Under the pieces are notes generated by a model. It was not told the DNA's origin and made no database searches. It saw nothing but the letters and a program-made list of their open reading frames with translations. From Nanobdellota archaeon (lineage in GTDB: Archaea > Nanobdellota > Nanobdellia > Tiddalikarchaeales > Tiddalikarchaeaceae): 64,000 bases of DNA. Made by a program: the position numbers and the translations under genes. Every line of letters starts with the position of its first letter. The stretch's first letter is position 1. The DNA is taken from assembly GCA_016931175.1 (NCBI GenBank), contig JAFGFH010000014.1, forward strand, positions 4,553-68,552, written 5' to 3'. Below are positions 35,599 to 45,252 of the stretch, piece after piece.

Positions 35599-38500
35599 GT
35601 GTATTATTCCAATCTTTTAGTAATGGTGGAATGTTCTCCCCGTGTAAGTGAGTATCTGGGTAGTATTGAGAAGGCTACGCTTAAGGAGTATAATTTGGCA
35701 GAGCAAGCCAGGAAGCTAGGCTTCGATCCTGAGGATAAAGTGGATATTCCTTTGGCTGCTGATGTTGCAGAACGTTGTGAGGGTATTGTTGGCGCTGTTG
35801 CTCCTGAAGTTATTGGTGTAGGCATTCCTGCCAGAATCAGGGATTTAGAGAAGGAGTACAGCAGTGGTGATTGGAGGATAGCGTTCATAATAGCTTCTGA
35901 GATAGCTAATGGCAAGTTTTACAAAGTGACTGATTTGAGAAGAGCTTTAGAGACTGGCGTCCGCGTAGGTTTAGCTTATATTACTCTTGGTGTAACGTGC
36001 GCTCCTTTAGAGGGTTTTATTGAATTAAAGCTTAAGAATCGTTTAGACGGCGGGCAGTACTGCGCGGTTTATTACGCAGGTCCTATCAGGGCAGCTGGGG
36101 GAACTGCAGCAGCGGTTAGTGTATTAATTGCTGATTATGCGAGGAAATCGGTTGGTATTAAAGATTATGATCCGCAGCCTGTTGAACTTGACAGGTATTA
36201 TGCGGAGTTAATGGATTACGATGAGAGGGTTAGCAGGTTGCAGTATAAGCCGAATAAGGAAGAGGTTTACTTCCTTGTTAAGAATATTCCTGTAGAGCTT
36301 AACGGCGACCCTACTACGCAGTACGAGGTTAGTAATTATAAAAGGCTTGAAAGGGTTGAGACGGATTTGATAAGAGGGGGAATGTGTTTAGTCTTAGGTG
36401 AGGGTATGAGTTTGAAGGCTAAGAAAGTTATTAAGAACATTGCTAAGTGGGGGGAGAGTGTTGGTATGCAGCACTGGTTATTCCTTAATGACTTTGTTGA
36501 ATTGCAGAAGCAGATTCATGCCCAGGGAGCAACGGTTAAGAAGGAGGAAAATAGCAATGATTCTTGCAAGGTTAAACCAAACACTAAGTTTATTGACGAG
36601 TTAGTAGCAGGCCGTCCAGTATTTAGCCACCCAATGGCTGTTGGCGGGTTCAGGTTAAGGTATGGCAGGAGCAGGTTCAGCGGTTTAGCAGCAGCTTGCG
36701 TTCATCCTGCAACTATGAGGATAACGGATGATTTCATAGCAACAGGCGTGCAGTTAAAGGTGGAGAGGCCGGGTAAAGCTTGTGCTGTCAGCCCTTGTGA
36801 TTCAATATCAGGCCCGTTGGTTAAGCTGAAGAATGGTAATGTTTTATGGCTTAATAGTGAGGAAGAAGCTCTTAAGTACAGGAAAGACGTTTCTGAAGTC
36901 TTATTCTTAGGTGATATTCTTTTCTGTTATGGGGATTTCATGGAGAATGGTTCCATGCTTGTTCCTGCAGGTTACGTTAAGGAGTGGTGGGTTCAGGAGT
37001 TGAAGGCTAAGCTTGGCGGGGACGTAAACCAGCTTCAGAAAGAGGTTAGTGTTGATTTAAACTTGTTATTAAACGAGCCTTTAACAACTAGTGTTGGGTT
37101 AGAAGATTCTGTTATAATATCAAGAAATACTGGTGTGCCTCTTAACCCGGAGCATGTTTTTTTCTGGAATAATATTTCAGCAAATGATTTGAAAAATTTA
37201 GTTCAAGAATTAGAAGGGCTTAATCTTAATCTTGAAAACATTGAGATTGGTTTAAGTGTTAAGCCTGTTCTTGAAAACCTTTACGTTCCCCACCAAGTCG
37301 TTAATGACAAAATATTATTATCTGAACTTGACGGCAGGAGATTGCTTGTTAACTTAGGATATGATAAGGGTTTCAAACAAGCAGTTGGTGATGATGTTCT
37401 GAAAATGGTTAATTCATTAAGCAGTTTTGAGATAAGAGATATTGGCGGGACTTTTATAGGCGCGCGCATGGGCAGGCCTGAGAAGGCTAAGCTTAGAAGA
37501 ATGACTGGAAGCCCTCATGGATTATTCCCTGTAGGAGAGGAGGGAGGCAGGTTAAGGAGTTTTAACGCAGCGAGTGAAGCAGGCAAGGTTACTGCAGAGT
37601 TTTCACTTTTTCACTGCGATAATTGTAATATTGATACTGTTTACAGGTTATGCGAGGAGTGCGGGACCAAGACTAGCAAGAAGTATTATTGCGTTAAGTG
37701 CAAGAAGATAGGTGATAAAGAGGTTTGCTGCGGTGAACACGCGAAGACTTATGTTAAGAAAACAATTGATATTAATCATTATATTAGGAAGGCGCTGACT
37801 AGTTCAGGATTGCAGATGCCTAACTTGGTTAAAGGTGTTAAGGGTGTTTGGGATAAGGACAGGATAACTGAGAATTTCATGAAAGCTTTGCTTCGTTCTA
37901 AGAATAATGTTTACGTTAACAAGGATGGAACAATAAGGTATGATATTATTGAAACCATTGCCACGCATTTTACTTGCGAGGATGCAGGCATTACTGTTGA
38001 AAAAGTTAAAGAGTTAGGTTATTACAAGGACATTCATGGTAAGGAATTAATTTCTTCTTCCCAAGTTATTGAATTGCTGCCCCAGGATGTTATTCTTCCA
38101 AACTGTACTGAGTGGCATGATGCAAGCGCTGTTGATTTCCTTTTAAAGACTTGCAGTTTTATTGATGACGAGTTGGAATACTTGTATCATTTGCCGAGGT
38201 TTTTTAATGTTAGAACAAAGGACGAGTTAATAGGCTTGCATATTATTAGCTTGGCTCCGCATACTAGTGCTGGAATAGTCAGCAGGGTTATTGGTTTCAG
38301 TAATACTCAAGGCATGTACGCTCATCCTTACCTGCACGCTGCGTGCAGGCGAAACGCTGACGGTGACGAGTTAGGAGTGATACTCTTAATGGATGGTTTG
38401 TTGAACTTCAGCAGGCAGTTCCTTCCGGACAGGAGGGGAGGAAGAACCATGGATGCTCCCCTAGTTTTAAGTGTTAAGCTTGATCCTTTAGAGATTGACA

Positions 38501-39102
38501 GTGAAGCGTACAACGTTGATATACAAGATTATTATCCCTTAGAATTTTATACAGCAGCTGATGAGTGCAAGATGCCTTGGGATGTTAAGATTAAACGCGT
38601 TCAGGACGTTCTTAACAGCCCTGAACAGTTTGAAGGATTGAAATACACTCACCCTTCAACAAGTATGAATAAGGGCCCTTTTGTCAGCGCTTATAAGAGT
38701 TTGGAGTCAATGGAGGATAAGATGAATGCTCAGCTTGAACTAGCAATTAAATTAAGGTGCGTTGACCAGGATGATGTTGCGAGACTAGTTATTGACAAGC
38801 ACTTCCTTAAGGATTTGAAAGGTAATCTTAGAAAGTATTCAACTCAAGGATTCAGGTGCGTAAATTGTAATGAGAAGTACAGGCGGCCACCTCTTAGCGG
38901 CAAATGCAACAAGTGCAGCGGTAAGATAATACTTACAATAGCAGAAGGGAGTGTTAAGAAGTACTTGGAGCCGTGCATGAATCTTAATAAGGACTTCAAA
39001 CTGCCTGATTATATGAAGCAGGACTTGATGATATTAGAGAGGAGAATAGAAGGAATGTTTGGTAAGCCCCCAACCAAGCAGGTCAGCTTGTCTGATTTCT
39101 AA
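35599..39102 (+). CDS. polC: DNA polymerase II (PolD) large subunit DP2
   Basis: 1167 aa with DP2-typical N-terminal region and C-terminal zinc fingers (CDNCN...CEECG; CVNCNEKY...CNKCSG). A TATA-like TTTTTAAA at 35589-35596 suggests the real start is the Met at 35623. Confidence 0.9.
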   Translation: MYYSNLLVMVECSPRVSEYLGSIEKATLKEYNLAEQARKLGFDPEDKVDIPLAADVAERCEGIVGAVAPEVIGVGIPARIRDLEKEYSSGDWRIAFIIASEIANGKFYKVTDLRRALETGVRVGLAYITLGVTCAPLEGFIELKLKNRLDGGQYCAVYYAGPIRAAGGTAAAVSVLIADYARKSVGIKDYDPQPVELDRYYAELMDYDERVSRLQYKPNKEEVYFLVKNIPVELNGDPTTQYEVSNYKRLERVETDLIRGGMCLVLGEGMSLKAKKVIKNIAKWGESVGMQHWLFLNDFVELQKQIHAQGATVKKEENSNDSCKVKPNTKFIDELVAGRPVFSHPMAVGGFRLRYGRSRFSGLAAACVHPATMRITDDFIATGVQLKVERPGKACAVSPCDSISGPLVKLKNGNVLWLNSEEEALKYRKDVSEVLFLGDILFCYGDFMENGSMLVPAGYVKEWWVQELKAKLGGDVNQLQKEVSVDLNLLLNEPLTTSVGLEDSVIISRNTGVPLNPEHVFFWNNISANDLKNLVQELEGLNLNLENIEIGLSVKPVLENLYVPHQVVNDKILLSELDGRRLLVNLGYDKGFKQAVGDDVLKMVNSLSSFEIRDIGGTFIGARMGRPEKAKLRRMTGSPHGLFPVGEEGGRLRSFNAASEAGKVTAEFSLFHCDNCNIDTVYRLCEECGTKTSKKYYCVKCKKIGDKEVCCGEHAKTYVKKTIDINHYIRKALTSSGLQMPNLVKGVKGVWDKDRITENFMKALLRSKNNVYVNKDGTIRYDIIETIATHFTCEDAGITVEKVKELGYYKDIHGKELISSSQVIELLPQDVILPNCTEWHDASAVDFLLKTCSFIDDELEYLYHLPRFFNVRTKDELIGLHIISLAPHTSAGIVSRVIGFSNTQGMYAHPYLHAACRRNADGDELGVILLMDGLLNFSRQFLPDRRGGRTMDAPLVLSVKLDPLEIDSEAYNVDIQDYYPLEFYTAADECKMPWDVKIKRVQDVLNSPEQFEGLKYTHPSTSMNKGPFVSAYKSLESMEDKMNAQLELAIKLRCVDQDDVARLVIDKHFLKDLKGNLRKYSTQGFRCVNCNEKYRRPPLSGKCNKCSGKIILTIAEGSVKKYLEPCMNLNKDFKLPDYMKQDLMILERRIEGMFGKPPTKQVSLSDF

Positions 39103-39112
39103 TATTTAAACC

Positions 39113-39526
39113 TTGTTCCGTTATATAATATTTATAACTGTAAATTTTTCTAGATTAATTATGAATTACAAAAGGAATTCTTCAATTGACAGGGACAGTA
39201 AGATTTTCCAGGAGAGCGGTAATTACTTGTCTTCCAGAACTAAGGTAAGAGAACACGTTTATACATTCAATAATCACGGAAAGGTTTCTTTGAATAATAA
39301 GGATGCTGATTTGATTCTGTGTAAAGAGGATGTTAGGGAGATTTTACTGGCAAGGTTTTGCTCGGACTGTCCTTACAAGGATAATGACAAAACTTGTACA
39401 AAAGTGTTTATTAAATCGCTTAAAAAGGATTCTGATGATTTGGTTGTGTTCAGAAACCAGAAATGTTCTGCGTTAATAAATACGTTATTATCCGATGATT
39501 TCTTAGAAATAGGCCTGCCTGGTTAA
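39113..39526 (+). CDS. Hypothetical protein (137 aa) followed by an oligo-T terminator
   Basis: ORF. A run of 10 T starts 3 nt after the stop, at 39530-39540. Confidence 0.4.
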   Translation: MFRYIIFITVNFSRLIMNYKRNSSIDRDSKIFQESGNYLSSRTKVREHVYTFNNHGKVSLNNKDADLILCKEDVREILLARFCSDCPYKDNDKTCTKVFIKSLKKDSDDLVVFRNQKCSALINTLLSDDFLEIGLPG

Positions 39527-40210
39527 TTACTTTTTTTTTATAGTTGTTATTTTCTTTCCTGCTCTGATAACTCTCCTCTGCTGGAAATGAGTTTTTTTCT
39601 TAACTGGTATTAATTTGTTTTTGAAATACTTTTCAGGCAATATTCTTATTATGAAATAAGTTATGAACAAGCTGGCTGTTTTGTCAAGGAAGTGTGCAAG
39701 CATTTCAGGCCCAACTAGTCCTGTGAGAACCCCGTTCATTGAATTGTCTGGTTTTCCTATTAGTATTATTATAATCCAATCTAATATGTTGGAGGCGGAA
39801 CTTGTTAAGAGTATGTTCAGTTTCGTATAAATAATTGTTGACAAGAAAGCGATTAACGAGCCTGTTCCGAGTATTTCAATAAGGTTTGATTTCTTGCTTA
39901 TTAAACTCTTGTACTTGTGAAGGTACCCTATTAGTAAACTGTTTATGCCTCCTATTAAGAAGTAAGGGATTATTGAAAAATTATTCACTCCTCTTATTGT
40001 GAATGTCAAAAGACTTGTTAAGAAGCCAGTCCAAGGCCCGCTTATTATTGCTGCAACCAAGCTGCCTATAATATCAAACCACAAGTTTACTCTTAAGTAG
40101 TTGTTCAGAAAAGACAGTAATAAATTAACTGCTGTTCCTAAGATTATAACAATTAAACCGTAACTTGTTAATTCCGTCCTGAAATCGTCTATGAAATCCT
40201 TTATTTTCAT
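39527..40210 (-). CDS. Membrane protein (about 6 TM)
   Basis: 227 aa of hydrophobic helices with a basic C-terminal tail. Confidence 0.45.
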   Translation of the reverse strand: MKIKDFIDDFRTELTSYGLIVIILGTAVNLLLSFLNNYLRVNLWFDIIGSLVAAIISGPWTGFLTSLLTFTIRGVNNFSIIPYFLIGGINSLLIGYLHKYKSLISKKSNLIEILGTGSLIAFLSTIIYTKLNILLTSSASNILDWIIIILIGKPDNSMNGVLTGLVGPEMLAHFLDKTASLFITYFIIRILPEKYFKNKLIPVKKKTHFQQRRVIRAGKKITTIKKK

Positions 40211-40249
40211 TAATTTAATTATTGTTACACGTTATTTATAAATTATCTT

Positions 40250-41434
40250 TTAAATTATTGATAAGTAGAATATTATCGTAGGCACTACTAAGCAGCCTAA
40301 TAACTGGCTTCTTCTAACATTAAGTCTTATGCAATAGTAACCTATTATGGAAGCTGTGAAAAGGATTAATAACCCAGGCAATCCGTTGAAATATAAGCAC
40401 AGGCTTGCTACGAAGATTATAACACTTAATTTAGTTAATTTATTGTTGAATATGTAAACGTGTTTTGATACTCTTTTAGCGGTTTTTATTAGCAGGAAAC
40501 AGCTTGCTGTGCAGGCGAAGAATCCAGTTATTAAAAGCAGGTAGTAATTGTTAAAGCTTAATTCTATTAATCCCCCTATTTTTTCAATAACCCCGCTTCT
40601 TGCCTTGTTTATCGCGGTTAAAGCTATCAGGCTTAGAATATTATCTGCTATGTTTATACTTGTCATGCTCGCAATTTTTAATTCATCACTTGTTTTTGTT
40701 TTCTTAAACTCTTCACTTACTAATCCGACTTGGCTCGGGCTCATGCTTGGCACTATTGCCATGATTATTGAGGATATTATTCCAATAATGCTTGCCTTAA
40801 GCAGTTCAGAAAAACTTGATTCAACAACTACTTTATTCATTTGTTTTGGAATATTATTGTTCTCGTTTTTTAAGTCTATTAAACTGCTTATTCCGAAAAA
40901 CCCAGTTAATAATGGAAGAAAAGGGTCTTTCAGGTTTAAGTTGAAAGTTATTACTCCAAGAATTCCAGAAAGTGTGAAGAATAACGCAGCCAATCTTATG
41001 CTCTTGTCTTTTATTATCAAGTGAAGCGCTATTCCTGCCATTATAGTCCACGCATAATTTTTCACAAAAGAGTATATAAGACTTATTTCCTGATGAAGTA
41101 AGGCCCCAAAGATTAAGAATACGCAGTACGTTATTATGCTGGAGTAAGCAACTATTTTCATGCCTGCTAATCCCCGCTTGTCCATCAAGAGGTTATGTAA
41201 AGGCATTCTTGTGAGAGATTCTCCTTCTTCAGGAACTCCTAAATAGCACGTGCTTAAAAACTCGAACACGTTGCTTGATATTAAGCAGGCGAATAAGAAA
41301 ACACTATTTTCAATATTATAATCTGATGCAATTATGACTGCAGCTACTGTGTTAGGGTGGAGTCCAGGCAAAAATCCTACAACTGCGCCTACGATTATGC
41401 CTAAAAACAGCGCTATTATTAAATTAAGCAGCAT
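40250..41434 (-). CDS. Polytopic membrane protein, possibly a TctA/DUF112-like transporter
   Basis: Repeated G..PG.(H/S)P motifs (GFLPGLHPNT; IVPSMSPSQ) among about 10 TM helices. The ORF track extends to 41722, but that N-terminal 96 aa overlaps a better + strand ORF, so the start is trimmed to the Met at 41434. Confidence 0.45.
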   Translation of the reverse strand: MLLNLIIALFLGIIVGAVVGFLPGLHPNTVAAVIIASDYNIENSVFLFACLISSNVFEFLSTCYLGVPEEGESLTRMPLHNLLMDKRGLAGMKIVAYSSIITYCVFLIFGALLHQEISLIYSFVKNYAWTIMAGIALHLIIKDKSIRLAALFFTLSGILGVITFNLNLKDPFLPLLTGFFGISSLIDLKNENNNIPKQMNKVVVESSFSELLKASIIGIISSIIMAIVPSMSPSQVGLVSEEFKKTKTSDELKIASMTSINIADNILSLIALTAINKARSGVIEKIGGLIELSFNNYYLLLITGFFACTASCFLLIKTAKRVSKHVYIFNNKLTKLSVIIFVASLCLYFNGLPGLLILFTASIIGYYCIRLNVRRSQLLGCLVVPTIIFYLSII

Positions 41435-41468
41435 AAAGATTATATCTACGGAGCGATATAATATAATT

Positions 41469-41819
41469 ATGGTTGTACTTATAGATTGGAACGAGCATGT
41501 AGTGTTCAATACTAAGAAAATCGTTGATGAGATTAGACACACATTGTTCAAAGGAATTGACAAGACCATAGACTTCAAATGGTTTTTAATGCCTGAGGGT
41601 GAAAAATCCAAAAGGGTTAAGTTTGAAGTTAAACCAAAGAACGAAGCTATAAGATTCCCTAAGAAGTTAATGCTTGATAAGGGAAAGGACTCAGTTTTTA
41701 GACTTAAAGTAGACGCGGACAAATTGCCTGATAACTGGGTTGGAGAGTTATGGATAGAAAGTGAAGGAATTACTAGAAAGGTGCCATTAGAGTTTGAGAA
41801 GACGACAACAACGCATTAA
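41469..41819 (+). CDS. Hypothetical protein (about 117 aa)
   Basis: Protein-like charged sequence starting at an internal Met of ORF 41334..41819. Confidence 0.4.
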   Translation: MVVLIDWNEHVVFNTKKIVDEIRHTLFKGIDKTIDFKWFLMPEGEKSKRVKFEVKPKNEAIRFPKKLMLDKGKDSVFRLKVDADKLPDNWVGELWIESEGITRKVPLEFEKTTTTH

Positions 41820-41939
41820 GAGTTGAACACGAGAAAGTTAATGTAAGAGTTTTTATTAGACTTAGTTGCATTCCAAAAATTTTTAAACTAATGAATTTCT
41901 ATCTAAATTCTACCAAAAAAATGGTGGGGGAGATAATTA

Positions 41940-42149
41940 ATGAAGGAGATAGAAGTTGGTTCTCTTGAATCAAAAGCACGTGTTGATTTCAACTCCTTAA
42001 GTGAGGTTGAAAGAGCCCTTTATTTAACAGAGTGTTTTGAAAATACAGAATATCAGAGCAGCAAAGACTTTGTTAGGCACTTTGTTCAGAAGGATAATTC
42101 CATTGATTTCAAAGGAATGGCGGCTTATTTAAGAACTAGGAAGGATTAA
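41940..42149 (+). CDS. Hypothetical small protein (69 aa)
   Basis: ORF only. Confidence 0.3.
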   Translation: MKEIEVGSLESKARVDFNSLSEVERALYLTECFENTEYQSSKDFVRHFVQKDNSIDFKGMAAYLRTRKD

Positions 42150-42150
42150 T

Positions 42151-42669
42151 TTACTTAATCATTTCAACGTATTTTTTCTGGTGCCAAGTAACGGCGCCCT
42201 TGTTCCATTTTTTTCCTTTTATCATCTTAACTATTTTTTTAGTGTTATCCTCGCTTGAATCTTTACTCGTATCTATTTCAACAACTTTTTTAGTCTCAGC
42301 TTTTTGTGTGAAGTAGTCAAGTATTTCAACCTCAAGGTTTTCTTTTATCTTCTCTTCTGAATAACTCCTCTCTTTAAGCCTTTTTTTTAACTCTTTAGGT
42401 TCGCATCTGAGTATTACTAAAACGTCGTAGTCCGGGACGTATTCTATTAAGTGAGTGTCTATAACGAAATCATCTGGCAGAACTCTTTTCAGCACAGTCT
42501 TTAATTTAGGACTTATAACTCTAACTCCTTTTTCCATCTTTTCAATAACACTGGGGTGAGTGTTTATTATTGTAGTTACATTATAATACGGCAGTTTTAA
42601 CGCGTAAGCTATCTTTCTCGCATTAGTCGTCTTACCTGTTCCAGGAGTTCCAGTAACTAAGACTTTCAT
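42151..42669 (-). CDS. Fap7/archaeal adenylate kinase-like NTPase
   Basis: P-loop VLVTGTPGTGKTT at the N-terminus of a 172 aa protein, typical of the COG1936 kinase. Confidence 0.75.
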   Translation of the reverse strand: MKVLVTGTPGTGKTTNARKIAYALKLPYYNVTTIINTHPSVIEKMEKGVRVISPKLKTVLKRVLPDDFVIDTHLIEYVPDYDVLVILRCEPKELKKRLKERSYSEEKIKENLEVEILDYFTQKAETKKVVEIDTSKDSSEDNTKKIVKMIKGKKWNKGAVTWHQKKYVEMIK

Positions 42670-43262
42670 AATTCTTTTATCACCCCTTCAGGTCCGGGGT
42701 TAAAGCATAAAGTGTTTCCTATCATTTCTTCCTGCCCTTGACATTCATGAACGTGGCCGCAGCAGCAAAGCCTTGGCTGGTTCTTTTTTATCCACTCTCC
42801 TATGGCAAAACTTCCTATGTGTAATCCATTCCTTGTCTTGTCAAGTTTTGTATTCTTAGGAGGCGTGTGGCTGACTAATACTGTAATATTATCTCCGTAT
42901 TTATCAAGTTTATTTCTGAACTCTTCATCTGTTAACTCGTAAGGAGTGTTGAAAGGGCTTATGCTTCCCCCTCCAATTCCAAGAAACCTAATCTCTAAGT
43001 CCTGGTAAACGTCGTCTTCAATAATTAGGATATTATCGTACTCTTCAGTAGCTTCATTTACGAACTCAGGAGTTTCATTATTCCCTGGTATTAAAAGAAG
43101 TTTTTTCATTTTTTTTAACTCACTTATTACTTCTCCAAAACCTTCTCCTAATCTGCTTAAATCACCAGCGCATACCGCCAAGTCTGCTTTCCTGCTCTTC
43201 TCTACTAGTTTCTTTGCAGTTTTTACATCCCCGTGCACGTCCGTGAAAAATAATACTTTCAT
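42666..43262 (-). CDS. Metallophosphoesterase (YfcE/MJ0936-like)
   Basis: DVHGD, GD...GNNE, GHVH motifs. 4-nt overlaps with both neighbours. Confidence 0.7.
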   Translation of the reverse strand: MKVLFFTDVHGDVKTAKKLVEKSRKADLAVCAGDLSRLGEGFGEVISELKKMKKLLLIPGNNETPEFVNEATEEYDNILIIEDDVYQDLEIRFLGIGGGSISPFNTPYELTDEEFRNKLDKYGDNITVLVSHTPPKNTKLDKTRNGLHIGSFAIGEWIKKNQPRLCCCGHVHECQGQEEMIGNTLCFNPGPEGVIKEL

Positions 43263-45124
43263 TTCAGCACCCTTATTTCTTCTCCCAAGTTTTTCGCATT
43301 AACTAACTTCTTTCCCACGTCGCTCTTATTTGAAACTTTTATTGAACCGTTCTTGCTGACCGTTGCAGTTAGCAAATAATCATCATCTAAGTATATGTCA
43401 ACGTTCGCGCCCTTTAAGGAGTAGTCGAGGCTTATCTCAATGCTTCTCTTTCCGAATTTAATATCATATTCTAAACTCTTCTTCTCGCGGTTAACTTCTT
43501 TCATGACTTTTTCCTTGTCCATTTCTCTGACTTGTATTCTTGCACCAATTCTCTTCTCAAGTTTTTCAATATTAACTCCTTTCCTGCCTATTATTTCAGG
43601 AATGTTCTCTTTAGGAACCCGTATTTCAATGCTGTCCTCTGAAGGCATGCTTATTGACAAAGGTATGTTGCTTGGCAATTCTTTCTCTATTCTCTCTTTT
43701 AACACCTCGCTGGCAACTTGTCTTGCAACACTCGTTGTTTTGATTCCTTTAACTGGAACAACTACTGTTTGTTCGCCGAAGGTGTACATCTCGTATACTA
43801 GTTCTCCGCTAAGGAAGTCTTTAACTTCTACGAGCGGCCTTGCAAGGTCTGCCTCTGTCATACCGCTTGGAACTCTGACAGTTATTCCAACTTCTAATAC
43901 TCTTCCTATCTGCCCTTTTTCTATGAATATTACTGTGTCTATGATGCTCGGCACCATTCCTAATTCTACTCTTCCTATGAATCTTTGTATTGCATCTATT
44001 GGATTAGTTGCGTGAACTACTCCAACCATTCCGACACCGCTTAATCTCATGTCTTTGAAGAGTTCAAAGTCTTCACTGTTTCTTATCTCGTCAAAGATTG
44101 TATAATCAGGCCTTGACAATAATAGTATGTCATGAATTTCTGCATTGCTTGCCTTGTTCTTTGAGTACTGTGTTATCTCAGGCGGGAGTATTAAATCCCT
44201 TGGAGCTTCAATGGTTTTAACTATCTTATTATTTGTTAAGTAAAATGTTGCCAGTGCTTGGCAGAACGTGCTTTTGCCATTTCCTGGTGCTCCCGCGACT
44301 AGTATTCCTTCTGCTTTTAACTTAAGCCTGTCTCTTAATTTGTCAACTATGTTGTAATCATTTAATGTTAGTATTTTTACAGGGCGCACTGCAGTTATCT
44401 CCCACCCGTCGCTTAAAGGAGGCCTCGTCATTACTATCCTGTAATTCCTGAACTGGACTATTGTCGAACCTCTATTTTCTATCTCTAAGAAACTGTTAGA
44501 GTCCATCTTCGTCTTCTCTACTATTTCTTTGCTTAATTCTTCCACCTCTTCGCTTGTGAGTTTTTTATCGCTGAGTTCAACAAAAATCCACTCTCCAGGC
44601 TTTCCCTTCTTAGCTTTTGGGGTTGTCTCCTCCCTTAAGTGAACGCTCATTGTAGTATCATCAAAGTATTTCTCTATACTGAGCCCTTTCACTGTCTTGT
44701 CGAACATTATTAGTTGTGATTTTACTCCCATGGCTTGAGCAATTTCATACTGCACCTTATCCCCTGTTAACAGTGTTGCCTCATTAGTTTCTGCGAGCTC
44801 CCTGATTATTGCATCTATCTCTCCCTTCTTAGCATACCTTATTTGTGAAGGCAAGGGCCGTGACCCTCCGAACTCTAGTATTATTTTACCTTTATTGTCC
44901 AAATCCTTTAATTCCTTAATCTCATCAATACCTAATAATCCAGTGGGGCGCTTGCTGTTAGCCTGGTGCTCTAACTCTGCCATTACAGCATTATGTATTA
45001 ATATTTTGCCTTTAAGTTCCCCTTTCTTAATCTTCTCACTCACTAAACCTTCTATTATAATACTAGTATCTGGAACGTAAACACTATCACTTTTAGTAGT
45101 TCTTTTAATCGTGCTCTCCCTCAT
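43259..45124 (-). CDS. PIN-domain/PilT-type ATPase with C-terminal KH domain (COG1855 family)
   Basis: Walker A GAPGNGKST. N-terminal PIN-like region. C-terminal KH domain IIGRKGVNIEKLEKRIGARI. Confidence 0.8.
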   Translation of the reverse strand: MRESTIKRTTKSDSVYVPDTSIIIEGLVSEKIKKGELKGKILIHNAVMAELEHQANSKRPTGLLGIDEIKELKDLDNKGKIILEFGGSRPLPSQIRYAKKGEIDAIIRELAETNEATLLTGDKVQYEIAQAMGVKSQLIMFDKTVKGLSIEKYFDDTTMSVHLREETTPKAKKGKPGEWIFVELSDKKLTSEEVEELSKEIVEKTKMDSNSFLEIENRGSTIVQFRNYRIVMTRPPLSDGWEITAVRPVKILTLNDYNIVDKLRDRLKLKAEGILVAGAPGNGKSTFCQALATFYLTNNKIVKTIEAPRDLILPPEITQYSKNKASNAEIHDILLLSRPDYTIFDEIRNSEDFELFKDMRLSGVGMVGVVHATNPIDAIQRFIGRVELGMVPSIIDTVIFIEKGQIGRVLEVGITVRVPSGMTEADLARPLVEVKDFLSGELVYEMYTFGEQTVVVPVKGIKTTSVARQVASEVLKERIEKELPSNIPLSISMPSEDSIEIRVPKENIPEIIGRKGVNIEKLEKRIGARIQVREMDKEKVMKEVNREKKSLEYDIKFGKRSIEISLDYSLKGANVDIYLDDDYLLTATVSKNGSIKVSNKSDVGKKLVNAKNLGEEIRVLK

Positions 45125-45252
45125 TAAAATATTAGAATAACTGCTTGTTTTTTAAAGCTTCTATTTTAATCCAATCGTTTTCTTACCTTTCATGTAAGGC
45201 TGCAATACTTTAATAGCTTAATCTTTATATTGTTCAAAATATTAAGATAGTT

